DNA of 64,000 nt from Octopus vulgaris. Taxonomy: Eukaryota. Positions 39,806-52,798 of this stretch are shown here, in pieces; position 1 is the first letter of the stretch; each line of letters begins with the position of its first letter. The stretch spans positions 170,996,001 to 171,060,000 of the forward strand of contig OX597817.1 of assembly GCA_951406725.2 (NCBI GenBank), given 5' to 3'. The notes below the pieces were generated by a model. The model saw nothing but the letters and a program-made list of their open reading frames with translations, did not search any database and was not told the origin of the DNA. A program made the translations under genes and the position numbers.

Positions 39806-41975
39806 CTTACATATATACATATATATATATATATATATACACATACACATATGTATTCACATTTATATATATACATATAAATACATGCACATATGCGTAT
39901 ATATGTATGTTGTATGTATATCACATATATTTAGGTTTCTTCCATCAACACCATATAGTTTTCCTTACACTGAAAGAAATTGCCAAAGAGTTATTTTAAA
40001 TATTCAGATATTTTGTATTAAAGATACATTTTGTGCAAAACTGGTGGAATTTAAATTAGTTTCAATCTGTTGCTATTGCTGCATAAAGTAATAACTAGTC
40101 TACAGTGTCACATGTGACCATATTGTGTGTATGTTCACATGAGGGTAGGGCAATAAGAGGTGTTGTTATTGCCTTTCCCCTACATAAACACGCATAATAT
40201 TTTTTACTACGCAAGGCACAAGGCCCAAAATTTATGAACTCGGAATCTTGTGGTTAGTAGCCCATGCTCTTAACCACTAATAATACTCTTTTACTCTTTT
40301 ACTCTTTTACTTGTTTCAGTCATTTGACTGCGGCCATTCTGGAGCACCGCCTTTAGTCAAGCAAATCGACCCCGGGACTTATTCTTTGTAAGCCCAGTAC
40401 TTATTCTATCGGTCTCTAAGTAACGGGAACATAAACATACCAGCATCGGTTGTCAAGCAATGCTAGGGGGACAAACACAGACACACAAACACACACACGC
40501 ATATATATATATATATACATATATACGACGGGCTTCTTTCAGTTTCCGTCTACCAAATCCACTCACAAGGCTTTGGTTGGCCCAAGGCTATAGTAGAAGA
40601 CACTTGCCCAAGGTGCCACGCAGTGGGACTGAACCCGGAACCATGTGGTTGGTAAACAAGCTACTTACCACACAGCCACTCCTGCGCCTATATCCATCAA
40701 ATGTAAATAATGTAAACAACAAAAAACTCTTATATAGTGAGAAGTAGCTCTATCTTCCCTACAACAAGAAATCTGTTCCAATCCTTTTAGATCATACTTT
40801 CGTTTTGCAATACCTAGCATAAAACGACCACACCCTCTCTACTATACTCCCACTTAGCTGAGGGGTCTCTTTGACCTTGCGAGTTACATGGTAACCTCAC
40901 TAGACGTGATACCATGGAAAATGCACCCACTATCTGCTGCAAAATGTTTGGTGCTAAGAAGGGCAACCGACCGGAGAAACCATGCAGAAGCAGACATTGA
41001 AAGCATGATGACCCATCAGATCCTATCGAACAATCCTTCCAATGCCAGCATGGAAGTTAGATGTTAAATTATGATGAAGATAGACACACACACACACACA
41101 CACACACATGCATACACACACACACACACACACACACTCACACATACACATTGTTGATACTCCTTTCTTTTATCCTTTTATTTGTTTCAGTCAATTGACT
41201 GCAGCCATGCTGGAGCACTGCCTTTAGTTGAACAAATTGATCCCAGGACTTATTCTTTTGTAAGCCCAGTATTATTTTATTGGGTCTTTTGCCAAACAGC
41301 TAAGTTATGGGGATGTAAACACACCAACATCGTGGGGGAACAAACACAGACACACAAACATATATATGTACGATGGGCTTCTTTCAGTTTCCATCTACCA
41401 AATCCACTCACAAGATTTTAGTCAGCCTGAGGCAATGGTAGGAGACACTTGTCCAAGGTGCCACACAGTGGGAATGAACCCAGTACCATGTGGCTGGTAA
41501 GCAAGCTACTTTATTTCATAAAACTTTGCCACAAAGGCGTTACAGAAAGGGGACAAACAAGGACAGAGAAGCATAAAACTGGTGAAGTAGCTTTTACGAA
41601 TGAATTGAAATTATCATGAACATTTTTTTGAAAGTTTACAAAAATATTGATAGACACTGTTTTACACAATATGGTGCCTGAAGGAAAGGCATCAAACCAC
41701 CAGGGTAGAACCTATGCTTTTTTTCCGGGGCTCCATTTACTTGGTGCCAATCACTTCCAGCTTTCTTATTACAAGCTTCCATCTTTTTACAAATCTGTCT
41801 CATGACAGGTACCTTTTCTCCAGCCTGATCTTACTATTGAGGTGGTAACTAAAAAAGTTGACCAACCCCTGGCCGGATACAAAGGTACTCATCACTATTC
41901 CTTTCACACATGTCTTCCATACCGTTTCTTTTAATACGGCTACCAAGCTACTTACCACACAGCCACTCCTGCACC
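37545..41975 (-). mobile_element. Cluster of five co-oriented CORE-type SINEs (37545-38003, 38015-38452, 38816-39235, 40285-40690, 41165-41975)
   Basis: Each shows tail, microsatellite, CORE and tRNA head on the minus strand; separated by purine tracts and microsatellites. Confidence 0.9.
41512..41943 (-). mobile_element. 5'-truncated LINE 3' end (L1/Tx1-like) inserted in a SINE head
   Basis: 10-bp TSD caagctactt (41502-41511, 41944-41953); VAVLKETVWKTCVKG..SGQGLVNFFSYHLNSKIRLEKRYLS*DRFVKRW resembles the L1/Tx1 ORF2 C-terminus. Confidence 0.7.
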
Positions 41976-42166
41976 CTATCATAGGAATTTTATAAATTTT
42001 TGAGAGAATGTGAAATAATTCCTTGTTTGGAATAATATCCTTGAAGCACATCACATACATCTATAAAGAATAGCATATAAATATTGGGTTGATTTTCCTA
42101 TCCAATGCAGTTTTTCAAACCAATTCTTGCAGTGAATTTTAGTGTTCAAAATGTCTTTCCACAGTG

Positions 42167-42212
<46 letters not shown>

Positions 42213-42236
42213 TGTTCCAAAAGTCTCTCCACAGTG

Positions 42237-42276
<40 letters not shown>

Positions 42277-42300
42277 CACTGTGGAGAGACTTTTGGAACA

Positions 42301-42350
<50 letters not shown>

Positions 42351-42353
<3 letters not shown>

Positions 42354-45300
42354 TCCAAAAATTTTTCGAAAATTTTACCTAAGAATTTTTTGAAAATTTT
42401 CACCGAAAATTTACCGAAAAATTTTTCGAAAATTTTCACCGAATATTTTACCCAAAAATTTTTCGAAAATTTTCCCCAAAGGTTTTTCGAAAATTTTACC
42501 CAAAAATTTATCTAAAATTTTCCCCAAAAATTTTTCGAAAATTTTCACTGAAAATTTTCTCGAAAAATTTTCGAAAATTTTCCCCAAAAACTTTACGAAA
42601 ATTTTCACTGAAAATTTTACCAAAAAATGTTTCGAAAATTTTCTCCAAAAATTTTTCGAAAATTTTCACCGAAAACTTTCCCCAAATATTCTTCGAAAAT
42701 TTTCACCGAAATTTTTCAAAAGTTTTTCACCGATTTTGGCACCGCTGGCCTTCCATACTTTGTGATTTTGGCACAGCTGGCCTTCCATACTTTGTGATTT
42801 TGGCACCGCTGGCCTTCCATACTTTGTGATTTTTCGGACAAAATTTTCGAACAATTCTTGGGGAAAATTTTTGGGAAAATTTTTGGGGGAAATTTGTGGT
42901 GAAAATTTTCGGAAAACTTTTGGGTAAATTTTTCGGTGAAAGTTTTCTAAAAATTTTTGGGGAAAATTTTCGGTGAAAATTATTGAAAAATTTTTGGGGA
43001 AAATTTTCGTTGAAAATTTTTTGGGGAAAACTTTCGGTTAAAATTTTCGAAAAATTTTTAGGTAAAATTTTCGGTGAAAATTTTTAAAGATTTTTTGGGG
43101 AAAATTTTCGGTGAAAAAATTTTTTAAAAATTCTGAAAAATTTTTCAAATCTTTTTGGGAAAAATTTTCAAAAAATTTTTCAAAAATTTTCGGGGAAAAA
43201 ATTTTTGAAAACTTTTTGGGAAAATTTTCGAAAAACTTTTCAAAAATTTTTAGGGAACATTTTCAAAAATCTTTGAAAAATTTTTGGGGAAAATTTTCGA
43301 AAAACTTAAAAAATTCTGGGGGACAATTCTCGAAACACTTTTCAAAAATTTTTAGGGAAAATTTTCACCAAAAATTTACCCCAAAAATTTTTCGAAAATT
43401 TACCCCAAAATATTATCGAAAATTTTCACCGAAAATTTTAACCAAAAATTTTTCGAAAATTTTCATAGAAAATTTTACCCAATAATTTTTCGAAAATTTT
43501 CACCTAAAATTTTACCCCAAAATTTTTCGAAACTTTTACCCAAAAATTTTAGAAAATTTTTGCCGAAAACATTACACAAAAAGTTTTACAAAATTTTCAC
43601 TTAAAATTTTCCCCAAAAATTTTCAGAAAATTTTTACCGAAAATTTTCACCGAAAATTTTAACCAAAAATTTTTCGAAAATTTTCACCGAAAATTTTAAC
43701 CAAAAATTTTTCGAAATTTTCACAGAAAATTTTACCCAATAATTTTTCGAAAATTTTCACCGAAAATTTTACCCAAAAATTTTTAGAAAATTTTACCTAA
43801 GAATTTTTTGAAAATTTTCACCGAAAATTTACCGAAAAATTTTTCGAAAATTTTCACCGAATATTTTACCCAAAAATTTTTCGAAAATTTTCCCCAAAGG
43901 TTTTTCGAAAATTTTACCCAAAAATTTATCTAAAATTTTCCCCAAAAATTTTTCGAAAATTTTCACTGAAAATTTTCTCGAAAAATTTTTCGAAAATTTT
44001 CCCCAAAAAACTTTACGAAAATTTTCACTGAAAATTTTACCAAAAAATGTTTCGAAAATTTTCTCCAAAAATTTTTCGAAAATTTTCACCGAAAACTTTC
44101 CCCAAATATTCTTCGAAAATTTTCACCGAAATTTTTCAAAAGTTTTTCACCGATTTTGGCACCGCTGGCCTTCCATACTTTGTGATTTTGGCACAGCTGG
44201 CCTTCCATACTTTGTGATTTTGGCACCGCTGGCCTTCCATACTTTGTGATTTTTCGGACAAAATTTTCGAAAAATTCTTGGGAAAATTTTTGGGAAAATT
44301 TTCACTAAAAATTTTTGGGGAAAATTTTCGGTGAAAATTATTGAAAAATTTTTGGGGAAAATTTTCGTTGAAAATTTTTTGGGGAAAACTTTCGGTTAAA
44401 ATTTTCGAAAAATTTTTAGGTAAAATTTTCGGTGAAAATTTTTAAAGATTTTTTGGGAAAATTTTCGGTGAAAAAATTTTTTAAAAATTCTGAAAAATTT
44501 TTCAAATCTTTTTGGGAAAAATTTTCAAAAAATTTTTCAAAAACTTTCGGGGAAAAAATTTTTGAAAACTTTTTGGGGAAAATTTTCGAAAAACTTTTCA
44601 AAAATTTTTAGGGAACATTTTCAAAAATCTTTGAAAAATTTTTGGGGAAAATTTTCGAAAAACTTAAAAAATTCTGGGGGACAATTCTCGAAAAACTTTT
44701 CAAAAATTTTTAGGGAAAATTTTCACCAAAAATTTACCCCAAAAATTTTTCGAAAATTTACCCCAAAATATTATCGAAAATTTTCACCGAAAATTTTAAC
44801 CAAAAATTTTTCGAAAATTTTCATAGAAAATTTTACCCAATAATTTTTCGAAAATTTTCACCTAAAATTTTACCCCAAAATTTTTCGAAACTTTTACCCA
44901 AAAATTTTAGAAAATTTTTGCCGAAAACATTACACAAAAAGTTTTACAAAATTTTCACTTAAAATCTTCCCCAAAAATTTTCAGAAAATTTTTACCGAAA
45001 ATTTTCACCGAAAATTTTAACCAAAAATTTTTCGAAAATTTTCACCGAAAATTTTAACCAAAAATTTTTCGAAATTTTTCACAGAAAATTTTACCCAATA
45101 ATTTTTCGAAAATTTTCACCGAAAATTTTACCCAAAAATTTTTAGAAAATTTTACCTAAGAATTTTTTGAAAATTTTCACCGAAAATTTACCGAAAAATT
45201 TTTCGAAAATTTTCACCGAATATTTTACCCAAAAATTTTTCGAAAATTTTCCCCAAAGGTTTTTCGAAAATTTTACCCAAAAATTTATCTAAAATTTTCC

Positions 45301-48300
45301 CCAAAAATTTTTCGAAAATTTTCACTGAAAATTTTCTCGAAAAATTTTTCGAAAATTTTCCCAAAAACTTTACGAAAATTTTCACTGAAAATTTTACCAA
45401 AAAATGTTTCGAAAATTTTCTCCAAAAATTTTTCGAAAATTTTCACCGAAAACTTTCCCCAAATATTCTTCGAAAATTTTCACCGAAATTTTTCAAAAGT
45501 TTTTCACCGATTTTGGCACCGCTGGCCTTCCATACTTTGTGATTTTGGCACAGCTGGCCTTCCATACTTTGTGATTTTGGCACCGCTGGCCTTCCATACT
45601 TTGTGATTTTTCGGACAAAATTTTCGAAAAATTCTTGGGGAAAAATTTTTGGGAAAATTTTCACTAAAAATTTTTGGGAAAATTTTCGGTGAAAATTATT
45701 GAAAAATTTTTGGGGAAAATTTTCGTTGAAAATTTTTTGGGGAAAACTTTCGGTTAAAATTTTCGAAAAATTTTTAGGTAAAATTTTCGGTGAAAATTTT
45801 TAAAGATTTTTTGGGGAAAATTTTCGGTGAAAAAATTTTTTAAAAATTCTGAAAAAATTTTTCAAATCTTTTTGGGAAAAATTTTCAAAATATTTTTCAA
45901 AAATTTTCGGGAAAAAATTTTTGAAAACTTTTGGGGAAAATTTTCGAAAAACTTTTCAAAAATTTTTAGGGAACATTTTCAAAAATCTTTGAAAAATTCT
46001 TGGGAAAATTTTCGAAAAACTTAAAAAATTCTGGGGGACAATTCTCGAAAAACTTTTCAAAAATTTTTAGGGAAAATTTTCACCAAAAATTTACCCCAAA
46101 AATTTTTCGAAAATTTACCCCAAAATATTATCGAAAATTTTCACCGAAAATTTTAACCAAAAATTTTTCGAAAATTTTCATAGAAAATTGTACCCAATAA
46201 TTTTTCGAAAATTTTCACCTAAAATTTTACCCCAAAATTTTTCGAAAATTTTACCCAAAAATTTTAGAAAATTTTTGCCGAAAGCATTACACAAAAAGTT
46301 TTACAAAATTTTCAGAAAATTTTTACCGAAAATTTTCACCGAAAATTTTAACCAAAAATTTTTCGAAATTTTTCACAGAAAATTTTACCCAATAATTTTT
46401 CGAAAATTTTCACCGAAAATTTTACCCAAAAATTTTTCGAAAATTTTACCTAAGAATTTTTTGAAAATTTTCACCGAAAATTTACCGAAAAATTTTTCGA
46501 AAATTTTCACCGAATATTTTACCCAAAAATTTTTCGAAAATTTTCCCCAAAGGTTTTTCGAAAATTTTACCCAAAAATTTATCTAAAATTTTCCCCAAAA
46601 TTTTTCGAAAATTTTCACTGAAAATTTTCTCGAAAAATTTTTCGAAAATTTTCCCCATAAAGTTTACGAAAATTTTCACTGAAAATTTTACCAAAAAATG
46701 TTTCGAAAATTTTCTCCAAAAATTTTTCGAAAATTTTCACCGAAAACTTTCCCCAAATATTCTTCGAAAATTTTCACCGAAATTTTTCAAAAAGTTTTTC
46801 ACCGATTTTGGCACCGCTGGCCTTCCATACTTTGTGATTTTGGCACAGCTGGCCTTCCATACTTTGTGATTTTGGCACCGCTGGCCTTCCATACTTTGTG
46901 ATTTTTCGGACAAAATTTTCGAAAAATTCTTGGGGAAAATTTTTGGGAAAATTTTCACTAAAAATTTTTGGGGAAAATTTTCGGTGAAAATTATTGAAAA
47001 ATTTTTGGGGAAAATTTTCGTTGAAAATTTTTTGGGGAAAACTTTCGGTTAAAATTTTCGAAAAATTTTTAGGTAAAATTTTCGGTGAAAATTTTTAAAG
47101 ATTTTTTGGGAAAATTTTCGGTGAAAAAATTTTTCGAAAATTTTCATAGAAAATTGTACCCAATAATTTTCGAAAATTTTCACCTAAAATTTTACCCCAA
47201 AATTTTTCGAAAATTTTACCCAAAAATTTTAGAAAATTTTTGCCGAAAGCATTACACAAAAAGTTTTACAAAATTTTCAGAAAATTTTTACCGAAAATTT
47301 TCACCGAAAATTTTAACCAAAAATTTTTCGAAAATTTTCACCGAAAATTTTAACCAAAAATTTTTCGAAATTTTTCACAGAAAATTTTACCCAATAATTT
47401 TTCGAAAATTTTCACCGAAAATTTTACCCAAAAATTTTTAGAAAATTTTACCTAAGAATTTTTTGAAAATTTTCACCGAAAATTTACCGAAAAATTTTTC
47501 GAAAATTTTCACCGAATATTTTACCCAAAAATTTTTCGAAAATTTTCCCCAAAGGTTTTTCGAAAATTTTACCCAAAAATTTATCTAAAATTTTCCCCCA
47601 AAATTTTTCGAAAATTTTCACTGAAAATTTTCTCGAAAAATTTTTCGAAAATTTTCCCCAAAAACTTTACGAAAATTTTCACTGAAAATTTTACCAAAAA
47701 ATGTTTCGAAAATTTTCTCCAAAAATTTTTCGAAAATTTTCACCGAAAACTTTCCCCAAATATTCTTCGAAAATTTTCACCGAAATTTTTCAAAAGTTTT
47801 TCACCGATTTTGGCACCGCTGGCCTTCCATACTTTGTGATTTTTCGGACAAAATTTTCGAAAAATTCTTGGGGAAAATTTTTGGGAAAATTTTCACTGAA
47901 AATTTTCGAAAAATTTTTGGGGAAATTTGTGGTGAAAATTTTCGGAAAACTTTTGGGTAAATTTTTCGGTGAAAGTTTTTTAAAAATTTTTGGGAAAATT
48001 TTCGGTGAAAATTATTGAAAAATTTTTGGGGAAAATTTTCGGTGAAAATTTTCGAAAAATTTTTAGGTAAAATTTTCGGTGAAAATTTTTTAAAATTTTT
48101 TGGGGAAAATTTTCGGTGAAAAAATTTTTAAAAAATTCTGAAAAATTTTTCAAATCTTTTTGGGAAAAATTTTCAAAAAATTTTTCAAAAATTTTCGGGA
48201 AAAAATTTTTGAAAACTTTTTGGGGAAAATTTTCGAAAAACTTTTCAAAAATTTTTAGGGAACATTTTCAAAAATCTTCGAAAAATTTTTGGGGAAAATT

Positions 48301-48567
48301 TTCGAAAAACTTAAAAAATTCTGGGGGACAATTCTCGAAAAACTTTTCAAAAATTTTTAGGGAAAATTTTCAAAAATCTTTGAAAAATTTTTGGGGAAAA
48401 TTTTCGAAAAACTTTTCAAAAATTCTGGGGGACAATTCTCGAAAAACTTTTCAAAAATTTTTGATGAAAATTTTCGAAAAACTTTTCAAATGTTTTTGGG
48501 GAAAATTTTCAAAAAAGTTTCAAAAAATTTTTGGGGAAAATTTAAAAAACTTTTAGGAAAAATTTTT
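42351..48567. repeat. GAAAATTTTC-based satellite, block 1, with 1.0-1.4-kb fold-back higher-order units
   Basis: ~12-13-bp subunits (cgaaaattttcac); 32-bp GC core repeats start near 42732, 44152, 45509, 46804, 47806. Confidence 0.95.
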
Positions 48568-48700
48568 GTAGATTTGGTGTAGATGGGTAATATCAAATAA
48601 TTCAATCACAACATATATTTAAATTCAACATTTAAATCTTAAATTATTGACAGATTATTACTTATCTTATAACACCAATGTCTGGAAAAATCATGGATTG

Positions 48701-49187
48701 CATGGAAAAATGCAAGCATGAAAAATAAGATTCTTAAGATTATAAACCTGGAAAAGTACGGGACAAGTTATTACACCTGTAAGAGTATAGGACAAGCTAT
48801 TACTTCAAGTAAAGAATAAGAAACTTTTTACTAAAAATATTGCTACTAAAATTAAAATTTGAATATTAAAAATTATTTTATTATAGTTTTCAAATAACAC
48901 TATACATATTTAAGTACAATTTGGCTACTTTACTACATTAAATACAGAAAATAGTGACTAATTAGAAAAACTTGCAAATTAGCTGAACAGTTTTGCGCAA
49001 TAAAAGATGAGAAAGAGTGATAAACTGGCATTCTTTGGTGCAATATTTTAAGTAAAAAGTATCTTATTCTTTATTTTACTTGAAGTAGTAGTTTGTCCTA
49101 TACGTTTACAGGTGTCATAACTTGTCCTGTACTTTTCCAGGTTTATAATCTTAAGAATATTACTTTTCATGCTTGCATTTTTCCATG
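48701..49187. repeat. Fold-back with ~145-bp arms (about 90% complementary)
   Basis: catggaaaaatgcaagcatgaaaa...aatattgc versus gcaatatt...ttttcatgcttgcatttttccatg. Confidence 0.9.
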
Positions 49188-49268
49188 TATATATATATAA
49201 ATACATGACAGTACATGAAGTTTGTTAAAAAAAAAGGGGATCATGTATATACCTCCTGGCTGTTGAGA

Positions 49269-49577
49269 TTATAACACCTCGTTGTAAACAATGTTCCTTG
49301 TTTTTCCTTGTGGAGCATATACAAAAAGGTTTTATTTGGTTCCTACTCTTGAGCAGCCAACATACAGTTGCCCATGCGAGAAGCAGGGCTCTTCCAAGAG
49401 AAGACCAGCTACAGAGAGGGTTTGACCCTGAGATTTGTTAATGGACATGGCAGAGCTGACACGAAGGGGGATTGCAGTCTTCTGAATGTAAATGGAATTT
49501 CTGCTCCTGATGGAGTAAGAGGAATTCTTGGAATAAAGACGTCATCACCTTTTCCACATCCAGAAAGAATGATCGCC
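49269..49577 (-). pseudogene. Helitron RepHel helicase C-terminal fragment (copy 1; copy 2 at 56758-57067)
   Basis: AIILSGCGKGDDVFIPRIPLTPS..FRRLQ..AMSINKSQGQTLSVAGLLLEEPCFSHGQLYVGCSRVG..GKTRNIVYNEVL*. Confidence 0.9.
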
Positions 49578-49642
49578 TATCTTCCCAGTTAGCCTTCCTT
49601 TGATATTGCTGCACCTTTTGTGTCCATAGATTATACTGGGTA

Positions 49643-49844
49643 CCGTTTTTGACGGCATATAGGACGCACTTTTTTCCAAAAAATTTGGCTCAAAAAATCG
49701 CCCTGCGTCTAATATGCGAAGTCAAGACCCTCCCGTAGGCTAATCTTCTCCCAGACGCTCACTAACCTAGCTTACGATAAGTATTTCTACCTACGCTAAC
49801 GCCTTAATGATATTTTCCGTACTCATGCATCATTATTTTATTGC

Positions 49845-49876
<32 letters not shown>

Positions 49877-51568
49877 GTATTATTACTTTAAAATACGAAT
49901 TATCGTAAAAATCAAAGCAATCTACCGTAAATTGTTAGGCTGCGATCCATGACACACGTTTACTAATATCAGCTGATCGGAACCCTAACTCGATGCCATC
50001 TGACGGTGAGGAGTAAAACTACAGAATGCACATGATCGTTGCAAGTTCGTGTATATACGGAGGTAGGTTGGATATCTTGGTACAACAAAGTTTATGATCA
50101 TAACAAAACACACTACAACAGTACAAGCACCCTCACGGCTATGGCAGCAAAAAGATCAAGCTACAAAATCTCCTACAAACTACGAGTGGTAGATTATGCC
50201 AAGGAGCATGGAAATAGAGCAGCAGCAAGGGTTTTTGGGCCACCTACAGAAAAATTGATACGTGTCTGGCGACAGCAAGAAATGCAGCTGATGAGAGCAC
50301 AGAAAGGTAAACATAACCTACGTTGCTCAGCCCCACATTGGCCAGAACTTGAGGATGATATAAAAACATGGGTGCTTGATGAGAGAAACTCAGGGAGAAG
50401 TGTATCTACCAAAATGACAATTCATGAGGCCATGAGAGTAGCAGAACAACGAGGGATACAGAACTTTGCAGGAACAGTAGGTTGGTGTTACAGGTTTATG
50501 AAACGGAAGGGTTTATCAATGCATACAAAAACATCCATTGCACAAAAAATGCCTGCTGATTATGAAGAAAAAATATTAGATTTTCATAGATTTGTTATAA
50601 ATGCGAGAAAGAAAACTTGTTTTGAACTGGGCCAAATAGGGAATATAGACGAAGTTCCACTCACATTTGATATACCATCCAACAGGACTGTGAGTGTCAA
50701 AGGGTCTAAAACGGTTTCGATAAAAACCACTGGCCACGAAAAGACCCACTATACAGTAGCTCTGGCCTGTTGTGCTGATGGCATAAAACTAAGGATAAAA
50801 TTCCAAGAGGTGTACTAGTTCATGTTCACGAAAAAGGCTGGATGGACGAAAATGGAAAGAAACTGTGGTTACAAAATATATGGTCAAGGCGTCCTGGTGG
50901 ACTATTAAGAAAACCTTTTGTTCTGGTTTGGGATCAGTTTAGAGCACATAGAACTGAAGCCATTAAAAAAAGGGTGGGAGAATTGAAAACGCAGCTGTCA
51001 TTCCTGGTGGACTGACGAGCCAATTGCAGCCTTTAGATGTGTCTGTGAATAAGTCATTTAAGCAGAACATGCGTGAACATTGGAACAAGTGGATGGCAGA
51101 GCCACATCATGCCCTCACACCCACAGGAAGAATGAAGCGGCCCACCATTGCTGAAGTGTGTGAGTGGGTGAATAAATCTTGGGATGATGTTAGGCCTGAA
51201 ATCATTGTGAAGGCTTTTAAGAAGTGTGGCATTAGCAATGCCCTTGATGGCACAGAAGATGATGCATTATTTGAAGACAGTGATTTCAGCAGTAGTGATG
51301 AAGATGTTCCTTGTTTTGAAGATGATGAAGACTTTTCTGGTGTAGAAGATGATGAAGAGTTTTCTGGTTAAAAAGATGATTAAAGATGATTACTATTGTA
51401 ATTTGTATGCTTTCCTTTTGTATGCTTGCTTTTATACAGCAATGTTTTCTGCTTTTGTAATGTGCTGCTAGACTGCGTTCAACAATATATGCTTAAATAC
51501 ACTTGAAACTTTTTTCCTGAATTTGACCTGCTGAAATGAGGGTGCGTCTAATATGCCGTCAAATACGG
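49643..51568 (+). mobile_element. Complete pogo-family DNA transposon, copy 1
   Basis: TA TSD; 27-bp TIR ccgt(t/a)tttgacggcatat(ag/ta)gacgcac; subterminal repeat tgcgtctaatatgc near 49704; inserted in an RTE zinc-finger fragment (minus strand PSGRWPCSICRKGVGRNSTRC|TQYNLWT). Confidence 0.95.
50141..51371 (+). pseudogene. pogo transposase (Brinker-type DBD + CENP-B HTH + DDE_1, DD35D), frameshifted
   Basis: KRSSYKISYKLRVVDYAKEHGNRAAAR; GWCYRFMKR; GNIDEVP, VWDQF, LQPLD; acidic tail; 37-bp deletion at ~50790 and a frameshift at ~50997. Confidence 0.93.
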
Positions 51569-51662
51569 TACATCTTGTAGAGTTTCTACCTACACCTTTT
51601 CTACAGATCGAGCAGGGCCATCTACCTGAAGGTTATATACATATATATGTACATATATATAT

Positions 51663-52798
51663 AACGGGAAGCTTTACGAAAATAGACAAAAGACGAAGGC
51701 AGGTTTACGGAAATAAACAAAAGACGAAGGCAGGTGGAATACAAACAAACAATTGTATTAGTGTGGCGCTCAGGAAATATAAATAAAACAAGTCTTTAAC
51801 GTTTCGAGCCTTCGCTCTTCAACAGAAAGATACACAGAGAAGAAACACAGAAAGAAGGAGAGAAAAAAATGCGTGCAGTAACTAACGAACCAACATGGCG
51901 ATCTGATTTCGGCCAGAAGTCAAAGATCAAACGTGAGACGCAAGAGCGAAATTAGGGGAGATAATAGGGTTAAATGACCTCGCTCCAACATAAGAGTGTG
52001 TGCGTGTGTATGAGAGAGTATTAGTGCATATGAGAGGTCTGGACGTGTGTATTTATATATGATGTGATGTGTAAATTCGTATGGTGTAGTGTAGAGAGAG
52101 GAGATGAGGGAAGAGGGGGGTAAGGGGGAGGGGGTAGAAAGAAAGGGGAGAAGAGGGGAGAAGAGGAGGGGGAAGGGGAGAAGGAAGGAGAGGAGAAGAG
52201 GAGGGGAGAGGAGGAGGGGAGAGGAGGAGGGGAGAGGAGGAGGGAAGAAAGAGGGAGAGGGGGAGAGAGAGAGAGAAGGGGAGTGAGGGAGCAGAGAGAA
52301 AGAGGGAAGGGGAAGAGGGAAGAAGGAGGGAGGGAGGGAGAAAGAGGGAAGAAGGGAAGAGGAGTAGGGGTGAAAGGATGAAGGACTGAAGAGAAGTAGG
52401 GGTCGGGGGGAGGTTAGATGAGGAGGGAGGAGGGGGGGAGAGTTGAGACCAAATGGCGTATAAGAGCGAAGAGAGAAGATTAATTCCTGTTCACGGCACA
52501 AACGGGAATCCGGATGGCCTCTGTGTAAGGACAAACCGAACACAGACAGGTGTTGCAAGGAGTGACCGGTGGAGCGGAAATGGCGTGAGACCGGTGTGTC
52601 GTTGGTAAGGCGGATGTCACGGAGGTGTTCCGCGAACCGGTCAGCCAAGCGGCGTCCCGTTTGTCCGATGTACAGGGAATGGCAAAGAGAGCAAGAGACG
52701 CAATAGATAATATTGCTGGAGGTGCAGGTGAAGGAGTTGATGATGCGATAGGGTCGATGATGGGTGCCAGTGAGGAGGGTGGTGTTGGAGAGGTAAGG
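51663..52798 (-). mobile_element. Penelope-like element 3' part (GIY-YIG, 3' UTR, hammerhead at 51793-51830), copy 1, truncated by satellite
   Basis: NIIYCVSCSLCHSLYIGQTGRRLADRFAEH; ends at (TA)n. Confidence 0.93.
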
